Assembly: GCF_008831285.2 (NCBI RefSeq) | Contig: NC_045138.2 | Location: 29,822,001 to 29,886,000, forward strand | Reading direction: 5' to 3' | Source: Nymphaea colorata | Taxonomy: Eukaryota | DNA: 64,000 nucleotides | In this document: piece after piece, positions 13,646 through 24,725 of the stretch | How positions within the stretch are numbered: position 1 is the first letter of the stretch | Layout: every line of letters starts with the position of its first letter | Notes under the pieces: generated by a model | What the model saw: only the letters and a program-made list of their open reading frames with translations | The model's database searches: none | What the model was told of the DNA's origin: nothing | Position numbers and translations under genes: made by a program

Positions 13646-15452
13646 ATATGTGCTCTAACGATATGTATTAGCAATATCGTTCAAGTAAGTTTTGTTTGAA
13701 GATAGAGTTAGATTAATTTACTTAGTTACCCAACAAGTTGTTGAAAAATTTATAAGTTATCATTTTCATTTTATTAACACTATTATCAATATTTTACCAT
13801 CTTTAAACATGAAAAAATGTAAAAAAGTTTGTGACATAGTAATATAAGTTCTGCAGGTAGACACTTTTGTCTAAACGCCTACTGCCATCCCGTATAGAGT
13901 GTTTGCATGTATTCGATACTTTCCGCAAACAAACAAGTTAAAATAGTGTCTTGCTTTTTATTGGACGTATATATACGTGGCAAGGATATGAGTCCTAGCA
14001 AGTACCAGCCGCTGATCTTGTCCCCGAACAGTCACCAATGTGGACCGCATGTGTTCCACCGGTCGCTCGCAGCTGATTGTTTGGATCCGAGTTGGTTCAC
14101 ACCGCTATTTATGCCGAACAGAGACGAGGACAACTTCCGTCCTATGGGCCTTTCCAAAGGTCATGAAATGAACGGGTTCATCGAATTATAATTTCAAAAT
14201 TTTAGTTCATTGAAAATAAAAATTAATTTCAAATTCTTTTGTATACTTTGAACTGAAATGCTTAAATTTTTTAATTTTTTTCTAATTTGGAGAGGCCTGG
14301 CGGGCGAGCCCCTCCCCCGCTTCCCTCTTACACATGCCTCGGCTGCAGGGCCCGTCCAAAGTAAGTGTGGGCAATTGCCCACATTGAGCCACAAACAATA
14401 CTTATGTTTATATGAGCATCAATGCTCTACAAAGGTAACGACCCTACCTAAGGCAGGAGCCTTTAATTTTTACGTGTCCCAGCAAAGTTCATGAAGATTA
14501 CACAAAGCATGCATTAAGCACTACTTTCGATAGTATTGCTAACATAATAAAAATTCAACGTCTTAAAGCCTAAAAATCTTGTCCTAACACTGCTGCCAGA
14601 GAAAACACAAACATGGACTCAAGTTGAGATCGCATGAGTAGTAGACTATAACATCAAACGGGGCCACATGTGGATTTGTGAGGGCAGTCGCCCACACAGT
14701 TACCACAGAATCCTCTTTCCCACTTGACTGTAATGTTGAATATAGTGACAACCTAACAAGAAGACTCTTGACAACCTAATCAGAACACTTTTCGTAGTCG
14801 AACTTCACAAGAAAAATAAAATTGGTGGCAACCTAATTTCTTTTATAAGCCGAGCAGGTCGGCACTACTAATAGGCGTTGATGAGTCGTCAGTTTAATTC
14901 TTGTGGGTGTTACTCTGTTGTACTACAAACTATGACATGCATGACACTCGAGTACAAAGATATACCGTAGGATCACCCATGTCCCGATGTAGCTCTGGAT
15001 CCCAAGGGTAAGATCGAGGAGAAGGAGAGAGGGGGGTTACATTTTCTTTACCAAATTTAGAGTAACGGGATCCAGATCTGGATTAGATGTTTAGTAAGAT
15101 CTGATCCATTGACATTTCCTATTATGGAGATGGCCCAACCATAATAGTGGTCTTCTCTTCCCCCCAACCGCAGCTGGGTCAACTCTTTGGCCGTAACTCT
15201 CAATGGTATTAATGGATTGATATCTGATATGATCTTCTATAACTCCGACACTATTAATGCCATGATATTCAATAGTACCAAACACAACTTTGAACAAAAA
15301 GAGAAAAAAAATTAACGTCCGATTTGACTTGGGTGAGTGTTGAATGTGGAGAGGGTTTAAGTATAGATGTTGCAAAGGCATGCCCGTTCATAGCCCCTCG
15401 TAGTTTGTAGCTTCCATTTCTTGCAAGCTCTGCTCTGTTTTCTTGCTTCGCC

Positions 15453-18400
15453 ATGAATTCTTCTTGCCCTCCTTCATCTCTTCTCCATCTTCCAACCAGA
15501 GTTCTTCTTCTTCGTCTTGTTCCTTTCATTGTTTTGTGTTCAAGTGGCTTTTTAGTGCTTGCTTCAGCAGATAAGGAGCCCGAGCCCGGGGCCGGCGACC
15601 ACGTCCCCGTCCCTCCCGTCCGTGGAAACGTGTTCACCGTTGTCCGGCGCGGCGCAGAAGCGGATGACCAGGAAGATGATGCAAAGGTAACATTTAGGCA
15701 GGCCGTTCAAAAATATAGAGCTTGAAAGTACTGTGATTTTGTTCGGGACGTCTGAAAACAGAGCAAAGTCATCAACTGATCATCGTATCACTGCTTTTCC
15801 CGTGTGGTTGCAAGGCGTTCCGGAGAACTTGGCAAGAGGCATGCAGCGCCGAAGGGCCATCGACAATGCTGGTTCCATTGGGAGAGGCCTTTCGAGTGGC
15901 TCCTACAATTTTTGAAGGCCCCTGCTCCTCCCCCATCCACGTTCAGGTAAATTTGCATAATTAATTTTTTTATTTAATTTAGTACTAAATAACGAAAATA
16001 TTTTATCACATTTTTCTCTTTATTTAAAACATAATATTTCACCCCATTAATTTGTCTTAAAGGCCTGCTGCTCTCGTTTCAGCCATGGCAAGAGCCTCAG
16101 GAAATTTAGGTATTTAAGACATCTTTAATTATCTACGACCACATACTAATTAACAAATAAAACTTTTTTTTAGTAAAACTAACTCTATGGATGCAATCGT
16201 CCAGTTTTTCAAAGCGCATGTCGAGATCTTACAAGTCCGAAAATTAACATTGCTTTCCAAGTCTTTATTAAGTTCTATTTAAAAGTAAAAAAATGCCGTC
16301 ATAGTTTTGATTCTTAAGATTTTCAATGACTTTAGGTTGTATTTGTTTCACTGAGTATCTCAAATCTATGGTGATATGAGATCTAGATTCATTGATTCAA
16401 GATCAGACCACCCCTCATCTGACCTTAAGTATATAGTTTTTAACATGTATCATGGATTTTAAATCCATGCTACTTAGGTTTTTAGTTTGTTTAAATTGAG
16501 GATCTTCCGAAACACACCTTTTTATGCAGCCGCAGATCTAACTTCCGAGGCTATCAAATGCAACTTTAGTTCCAACAGTTAGAAACTACTGCAACTTTTT
16601 TTTTAGCTAAATTTAGCGCTCTCTTAATCACCCTGGAACATTATTAAATCGAAACCTAATTAAGAATCTAAGCCAATGCCTAGCCTGATCCATGGCAGGC
16701 CACACAGGTTATATGTTCAGGTTGTTGCCACATGAAATCTACTTGATCGACTTCAAATAAGGTGTTGAGTGAGTTTCGTAGCACTTGATAAGACTTATAC
16801 GCAGTAACATCAATGCAATTTCGTTAGAGAAAATCAAACTACTCAATCTACTGGTTTTTGAGTTTGTGTAACATGAGAGAGAGAGTAGATTTTAGAAAGA
16901 TCTCCTTCTATAGTAGTAACTATATGTGAATCTAAACTTAGGCAACCTGATTCGGTTGATGGACCTAAAGGCTACCTATTTAGAGGAAGCAGAAACGGAC
17001 CAACAAAAATCTAAATCACAGGTCTGCGTTCATAAACATACGCCAGAATCCCACATGATCCGGTGGTGCCCAAGCGCAAAAACAGAAGGTATCAAGGGCC
17101 AAAATTATTTCTTATGTGTCTAGCATTTAAGTGTTTAGCAGTTACCAGTTCAATATATATAAAAGATACTCAGCAGATTTATATATATATATATATATTC
17201 TTAGTTTGTCTTCTAATCACAGTCAATCTTTTTTCGCTAGTTTTCATAAATCAACGCTACATATAGTGCAATATTTACAGTGAAAAGGTTAGAAAGTTTG
17301 GATTTGTAAATTATTTTATAAAGATCACCATTAAGAGTCTTGGCTGTCTTAGACCATAAAATTCAGTTCAGACGGCAGATTTTGACGTATTTCTTCTCTT
17401 TTTCCAAAACTGTTTTCCCATGCATGCAGCTCAATGGTGTATGATATATATATATTATCATCTAAAATCTTTCATTCGTCATTTTGCATCCGGCTGTGTG
17501 TTAGAGGCTGGAGGAGGCATCTGGACGGCAAAAAAAACCACATTACATGTATATGTCGAGCTGTATATGATAGATCCAGAATGGACTGATGACTGGAGAT
17601 TACTCATAATAATTCCCATTTGTTTGTTCTTTCGCCTGTGCAGATTTCTGGGAATTTGGTAGCCCCAAATAGCATCGATGCGTGGGATGACGAGGAGGTG
17701 AATTATTGGCTCACTTTCAAGAACATTCAGGGCTTGACAATCTCCGGCGACGGCACGATCAACGGCCATGGCTCAACATGGTGGGCTAAATCATGCAAGA
17801 CCGACCCTCGCAATGTAATGGAACAAATAAATTTTGTTTTCTGCTACCATTTTCTCTATTATTTGTAGTTAACTTGCCAAGCCAACAAGATCTCCATCCA
17901 CCTGACAATGGCCGGCCGGCCAAGAATTTCCGAACAAATTAGGAGAGCACAATGAATCGTGTTCAATAACCCAAAATTCAGTTCCCTGTCATATTCGGCC
18001 GGGAAATCTTCCCGATCTCATGTTTTAAGACATTACCCTGCAAGTATCATGTTTTCCAGCTTCCTTCTTAATTAGTAGATGGAATCGTTAATCAAAACCA
18101 ACTCTGATTCAATCCTCTTTGTGGTTTTGCAGCCTTGTGGACATGCTCCATCGGTGAGACTTCTCTCTAAACATCCAGATAATCGTTATTACAAGCTTGA
18201 AAATCTTTAAGTAATGAAGTTAAGGAGTGGTTTCAATGGGTGCAGGCAATTACTATCAGTGGGTGCACTTATGTTAGGATATCCAATCTAAGCTTAGTCA
18301 ATAGCCAGAGGATGCACCTCAACGTTCAGGACAGCTCCAACGTCTTAATCTCCAATATTACCATACTGGCGCCCGGCAACAGCCCGAACACAGACGGCAT

Positions 18401-21400
18401 ACACCTGCATGCTTCACAGAACGTCTACATTGATCGGTGCACTATCAGAACAGGTAACTAGATATTGTTCTTCCCCTTGCCTTGCTCATCATAGACTGCT
18501 AAGGTGAGCAAATTAATGGTATCTCCTCTGCACATTTTGATGATGGATGGTCACTACTATGAATATTAATGATGTACTTTTTGGTAGGCCTTGAGACAAC
18601 TAAAGCAAAGAAGTTAGATCATCCCATTAGAAATGTGATTTGGAAATTGCTTTTGTGGCTCATCACAAAGGTCCTGAACCAAGCTAGAACCTTGGAAGCA
18701 TAAGGGCATGGCCTTGGGAATTTTATGCTCAAAGTGGATTTCCCCGAGTAAACCTTAACAAATAAAAATTCATTGCCTCATCTACTAAGGGGTGATAATC
18801 ATACGATAGAACTAGAGAGTGTTTGATAAGAAAACATTGAGCTATCGGAACATAAGCTCTTAAGGCACATGTTTCAAGAACATTATTATGCTTTTGTTCT
18901 AAGAAACAAGATGTGATTATGCCTATCGTTTGATTATTATATCTAGAAACAACAACAGTAGTGACACTATGTTTCCTGAGATAAGAACATGACATTCTTG
19001 AAATATGTTTTACGAACATGTGCTTTGACAATACAATGTTTTTCTTATCAAAAACCCACTGAAGAACTCAATGTGTGTCCTCTACCTATCCCTTTTGTCA
19101 GGTTTCAGGTATAGGTTCCCCTTTGTTGCAGACATGCAAACACATCCATGGACATGTAAAATTTGCACAATATTCACCTTCATATAATCACATGGATTGC
19201 TAACATTTGCTGTGCCTTAATTCTATCCATGCAGGCGACGACTGCATTTCCATTGTTACTGACTCTTCCAATATTGTAATGACAAACATTGACTGCGGAC
19301 CCGGCCATGGCATAAGGTACTGTTTGATTCTTTCAATTGTTGATAAAACTTGATCACAGATGCAAACAAGGGTTCAATCCACCTGTTTAATTTGTGGATA
19401 GGAGACTTTTTCTTCGTGGACAAAGAGACCATTTTTGTGGAGAAGACCCCTTCAATTTGGAAGTTAAATATTGAAGAGATATTTATAACTACTTATAGAA
19501 AAGAACCCACACATAGAATCTCTCCACCACTTGAGCTCTCAAAAGTGTAAAAATTCCAATTATTTGCATGCCCTAAGCCAAGCAGCTCCATCCAAATCTG
19601 CCTAGTTCTTGTAAGCTCTTGAAATATAAGTCATGTTTGCTAGCGGACATGAGATCCGCTGGGATCTCAGATCACCAAGGATCTCAGATTCATGGATCTG
19701 AAGTCCGACCCCCTCCCTCCCTTGGACCTCAAATCCATGCTTTTCTACATTTACCGCTTATCTAAGCTCCAATGCCGAGCTCCCCTGTTTGTTTAGACAT
19801 TGAATCCTCACCTCACGTGGATTTCAGATCGACCTTGGATCTCACAACCATATAAGTTAGCCACGATACGTGATTTTTCTGAACTTACAAACGTTAACCA
19901 AATGGAAATAGTTCAATTCAAAGATAATAATAGACTTTTCTAAGATTTTTTTCAGTATAAATGTGTTTGGCTTCCTTTAACAGATTGGCTTAGACTGTTT
20001 TTCCTTTGTAACTGGTGGGGATCTGCGTAAGAGTTTGTCGATGAAAGGCAAACATAGTTCACAGGCAAGTAGGGAACTTTGGCGCTTTAAGAGGCTATAC
20101 AAAAAATGTCTTGTCAAAGATGAAGTTCCAACCAATTCGCTCTATTTGAGTTTATGTGGAAAGGGAATGCTCATGATCAAGTTATCAACTATGTTTCATT
20201 TGATTGTGGATAGCATCGGAAGTCTAGGGGCAGATGGCAAAACGGCGGCTGTGGAAAACATACATCTGAAGAATGCAACCTTCCATGGAACAACAAACGG
20301 TGTCCGAATCAAGTCATGGCAGGTCTGATCCCAAGCTTTTCTTCTTCTTCTTCTTTTTATAAGCAAGCAAAGGTTTAGTCAGACCAACACTAGATAATGT
20401 CAATAGAGATGCACCCTGCTGATGAAACAAGGAGGTTTTGATACAGCAACCTTGCTAGGTGGACAGAGCTCTTGTTGGCCCAAACATGATGTTCTTAGAT
20501 GAGCATATGAGGCCGTGTGATACATGGGAGTGGAATAACTCTTTTTCTCCTTTTAGCATGAAGATATCCAGCTGAAACGACTAGCTTCTCTCTCTCCCTC
20601 TCTCCCTAAAAAACTCATGTTGAACGATATTCTAAACATAATTGATGTTAATGTGTTCGTGACTACTAACTAGTACTCAATAGACTCTTATTCAAATTGT
20701 TTTTACTACCAAAACTGTGGTGTTATATCAGTTGCCAAATTTCGCTTGGTTTATAAAACACATCTAAACCGAAGATGTTTTCAGATGACTTTCAAGATCA
20801 CATCTACACTTGCACAAAAAGCTCTTTTAATATGAATAGACACAGAGACTAATTCCAATAGAAAACGATGGGGGACAACCAAATTTACAAACTGGTAGTG
20901 GGCTTTCTCTTAAATCTATCTGCGAATTACTTATCAGTTTGTCTTGATGGCAGGGCGGCCATGGATATGCGAGGAACATCCTGTTCGAGCAGCTTAAATT
21001 CATAAACGTTTCAAATCCAATAGTAATTGATCAATACTATTGTGATTCTCCTCATCGATGTGCAAACAAGGTAAGATAGCTTTTCGATTACCAACTCCAA
21101 TCCAGTAGTTAGAAACAAAGGCCGAAACAACTCACATTCTGAGCAGGAGATGAACAGACTGAGCAAACGCCAACCAGCCAATTTTAAACCTTCGTATCAA
21201 CACGTTCCCTTCAGTTCAAACCTGAATCAAATGCTTTTTACCAAAGATGCATGTCTGTGCTTCTCATGATGTAGCATTCTTCTCTGCCTTGCAGACATCA
21301 GCTGTGCAGGTAAGGAATGTGGCCTACATCGGTGCGTCGGGCACATCCAATACTGAAACTGCAATCAAATTGGCATGCAGTGAGACTGTTAGTTGCAAAA

Positions 21401-21951
21401 GCATCTTCCTCAAAGATATTAACATATCAAGAACAGCTGAAGGAAGAGAAACGACATCTTACTCACTGAATGCCAAGGGCACCACCTGCGGCACTGTTCT
21501 CCCGCCATTGCGATTCCCCTCTCTTGCAATCGACATGGTCCACACCGAGCCTAGCACTACACCAACAATGGCTTCCCGCCATTTCGTTCGCCCAAGAAAA
21601 TCCATTTACCAGCCTCACCTTGCTATCCCCCAGTCCGTGGCTCCTCTCCCCGCTACCTTTACACTTCCTGCAGCCATGGCCCCCGACGGTGGCATCCCAT
21701 TCCCACCAACTATGGCTACAACTGAACGCGGCCCCTTCCTCACTACTGTGGCGCCTGCTAATGAACCTCCCCATGGCATCTCGCAGGCAAGGCCTTACAA
21801 TCATCCGAACCATGGAAACCCAGGCCAGGCTCCTAGCAGAACGCCAAGATTGAACCCTCGCCATTTTGTTCACCGAAGAATGATCCGATCACACTTAGCC
21901 AATCCCCGGGATCAACCTCACCATGCTATCCCCCGAAGCCGTGGCTCATGA
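15453..21951 (+). CDS. Polygalacturonase (glycoside hydrolase family 28), 9 exons, ~576 aa, with N-terminal hydrophobic signal and Pro/His-rich C-terminal extension
   Basis: Exons: 15453-15686, 15815-15946, 17644-17814, 18133-18153 (21-nt microexon PCGHAPS), 18246-18453, 19235-19316, 20214-20322, 20954-21070, 21295-21951. All four GH28 motifs are intact: SPNTDG, GDDC, CGPGHGISIGSLG, RIKSW; also PIVIDQYYC. The exon-size pattern (132/171/21/208/82/109/117) resembles 9-exon plant PGs such as ADPG/QRT2, from my recollection of the family. Confidence 0.92.
16335..16565. mobile_element. Tourist-like (PIF/Harbinger) MITE in PG intron 2
   Basis: TIRs GGTTGTATTTG...CAAATGCAACT flanked by TTA/TTA. Internal AGATCAGACCAC...TTTTAACATGT..CATGGATTT is shared with the copy at 56915. 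Confidence 0.7.
19630..19850. mobile_element. Degenerate MITE rich in GGATCTCAGATC motifs, in PG intron 6
   Basis: Repeated GGATCTCAGAT/GGATCTGAAGTCC/AAATCCATG motifs as in the Tourist-like family above; ends unclear. Confidence 0.4.
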
Positions 21952-22589
21952 ACAAGATGCAGTCTCTCCTTCACTGGCTACTTGTAGTTCCATTCTTGAA
22001 TTGGCGGTTCCTGGCGGGGATCGGGTAAAAGCTTCTGCGCAGGAGGACTGTGTGCGAGTACCCTTTGAGTCTCATTGATTTTAAGTTGTTTTACTCAGGT
22101 TTAACATATGGGTGTAATGCGACGTGGTTGATTTGATAGGAAATTAGGAATTATTCAGTCTTTATATCGCGGGATCATGTACACAAGGTTTTGTAGCATT
22201 TCAAGAAAATGAGAGGCAAAAACGTGGATGATTTAGTTACAGTTTAGCTACATTAATCAGAGACATTTTATCAGCTCGGCCAGTATAGTGCAAGTACACG
22301 TTTAAATTTGGTGAAAACAACTTATACCAATGAGGTTCATAGGGGCCCTTTTACGTAGACGTGCACCGGATTTTCTTGGATCGCCGGAGCTACAAAAATT
22401 TTTTGAAAGGGCACTGATTCACGAATTTTCATATTAAAAAAGGCAGTCATGCATATAACAAAGCAAATATTTAAAGAAGTTAATGTGAAAATTTAAAAAA
22501 AAAACAACAACAAGGGCTGCATACGTGGCTCCGCCACTCCATCATAGTTTATTTATCATTTTTTATTTTTTAAAAAAAATTGCATCAAG

Positions 22590-23046
22590 ATTAAAAGATG
22601 GTTATGAATTTTTCAAAAAAAATCGACAGGATCCCATCTTCTTTGGGCCTCTCTGAATCCCATCTCCTCTGGGTTTCAGATAAACCCTTGTAGAAAACCC
22701 TCCACAAGGGTTTCGGTTTCAGAGAAACCCTCATCAACGAGGGTCTCTCTGAAGCCCTCAACGAGGGTTTCAGAGAGAAACCCTCATCTCTGAAACCCTT
22801 CGTTGAGTGCTTCAAAAAGACCGTTCTGGACACAAAAGAGAGAGGGAGAAGGAGAGGCTCACCATCATCACGAACAACCGCGCGCCATGGCTTCGAGCTC
22901 TCGTCCATTCGAGCTCGCTTCGGTCGGTGAGAGAGAGAGGTTTCGATGATATCAACCAGTTTTTGAAAAGCCAGGTTTTTAAGATGTGAGGATCTGAGAT
23001 CCTCGGATCTTAAATCAGTAAGATCTGGGACTCTCAAACGCTACCT
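22590..23046. mobile_element. Probable MITE-derived segment with internal GAAACCCT/AGGGTTTC inverted repeats
   Basis: The right end CAAACGCTACC-TAA is the reverse complement of GGTAGCGTTTG seen at 40883; GGATCT motifs near the end; left TIR not found. Confidence 0.35.
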
Positions 23047-23169
23047 AAAGTAATGTGTAGAATTCCTAGACAGGGAACAGTCAAAATCATCGCAATTCGC
23101 AAGGCAACACGATGCTATTGCAGATCGGCCAAGCCATAAAATGTGACGGTGTGGTAAGCAACCTGAAAC

Positions 23170-23898
23170 TACATTACTTCTACCGCATGAAGATGAAACC
23201 TATGAATACATCCAAATATCGGAACATTTGAGGCAATTTAGTTGGAGGAGGAAAGAAACGATCAAGTCAACCGAGTGTTTTAACCGGAGTTCATCCGTCA
23301 AAGGCAAGTAAATCAAATCTAACATAAGTTCGTCCTCAACAAGAGGATCAAGTAACGAAGTCATTTTATATTTTACAAAATTGGCCGAAAATAATCAGAT
23401 AACCATGGAAAAGACAAGGAAATTTTTGACAGCATGACAAAGTCGGGAAATGTAAAACCACTTCAAGATTTGCACGCTAAAAGATCATCAGAAAGATCAA
23501 GAAAAGCGATCGGAGCAACCGAACTAACGCAATGCTTTACGAAGATTTCGATCTCCTTAGATCAAACGTTCATCGTGCTGATAAGCAGCTACTGCAAATG
23601 AAGTAAATCAGAAAGTAATCGAAATAACTTCTCATGAAAAGGAAAACACGCAAAAATGCCGAGATACTGGATTCTAACGATAGTATTAACCGGGAACGCG
23701 AGATTTGCCGTTGAAGAACATTCGAAACTAACAAAAGATCGCCTAACGAAGAATCTTCTTCTGACTAGCGAAGAACACGCAATTTCTGGTAATTCTTCTA
23801 TAGGAAAACAATAAATTTGAAAAGAAAAGTCAAAGACACAAAACGCTCACCACCAGTAGAAAGCTTTCAGATTGACGGGCAGAGTAGAACGTTTTTGG
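23170..23898 (+). repeat. Second copy of the ~730-bp repeat, flanked by duplicated 38-bp target sequence
   Basis: Matches 10766-11500. Flanks 23133-23170 and 23909-23946 match at 34/38; GGAAAGATGATC occurs at 23897-23908 and 23947-23958. Confidence 0.95.
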
Positions 23899-24725
23899 AA
23901 AGATGATCGCCATAAAATGTGACGGTGTGGGAAGTAATCTGGAACTGGAAAGATGATCTAATGCTAAACATATGACGTCCTAAAAGATTTGGCTAACCTT
24001 TATACGTTCACTTTCACAACGTTCAGAATAGGATTAAGGGAGGGATATTGCACTCATGCCATACAAATTACGAAACCAGAGAAAGTTTTCCCAGGCAAGA
24101 AACATAAAGCACCAGCCACTCAAAACCCATGTTCATGGATCCATTTGAACCTGCTTCAACTTGATGAATCCATTTTTATTACTTTAAATACACCCCAATA
24201 TTGATTCTGAAAGAGTTTAATTTATGTAATTCTTCCCATCAAATCAAGTGGGTGATTTGATGGAAGGCATGACTTGGGTCTACCAAGGCACCTCTCACAA
24301 CATAAGCCAAACAGATTTAGCATGTTCGTGCACAGTTGACCGAGCTCAGTAAATCCAGATCCAATTAGCTGCTTGAAGTAAAATGCTTCAACTTGTTATA
24401 GAAAGTAGACTTGAACTCCTGAAACTGAACCTGACCGTTTAGTAAACACCATTTAAAGTGTTGTGTCTCAGCCTTTACATCTGAGCCACAAAAGCTTTCA
24501 CAAAGGTATAGAAATACCAATAGCCAATAGAAAAAGGTGAAATGAGCAACTCGGAGCATGACCTTTCCTCGTGAAACTATAAAAGAATCCTACGGTAGCA
24601 AAGAAAAATATGTTTCACAAAAAAGGCTCAGTTCAGTGACGACATATCAAAAGCATTACATACGATTATAAAATGGACATCTGCGTAAAACTTTGTGAAG
24701 TTCTTTTGGAAGGCATGGTGTCTTG

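Noticed and set aside
18133..18153. 21-nt microexon in the polygalacturonase gene
   Set aside because: Real, but a standard feature of this PG clade's gene structure, so not novel.
21463..21873. Overlapping antisense and alternative-frame ORFs over the PG tail
   Set aside because: Expected in GC-rich, stop-poor coding sequence; no independent support.
22591..23037. 148-aa minus-strand ORF
   Set aside because: Non-ATG start, lies in a repeat-rich MITE-like segment, low-complexity translation and no recognisable domain.
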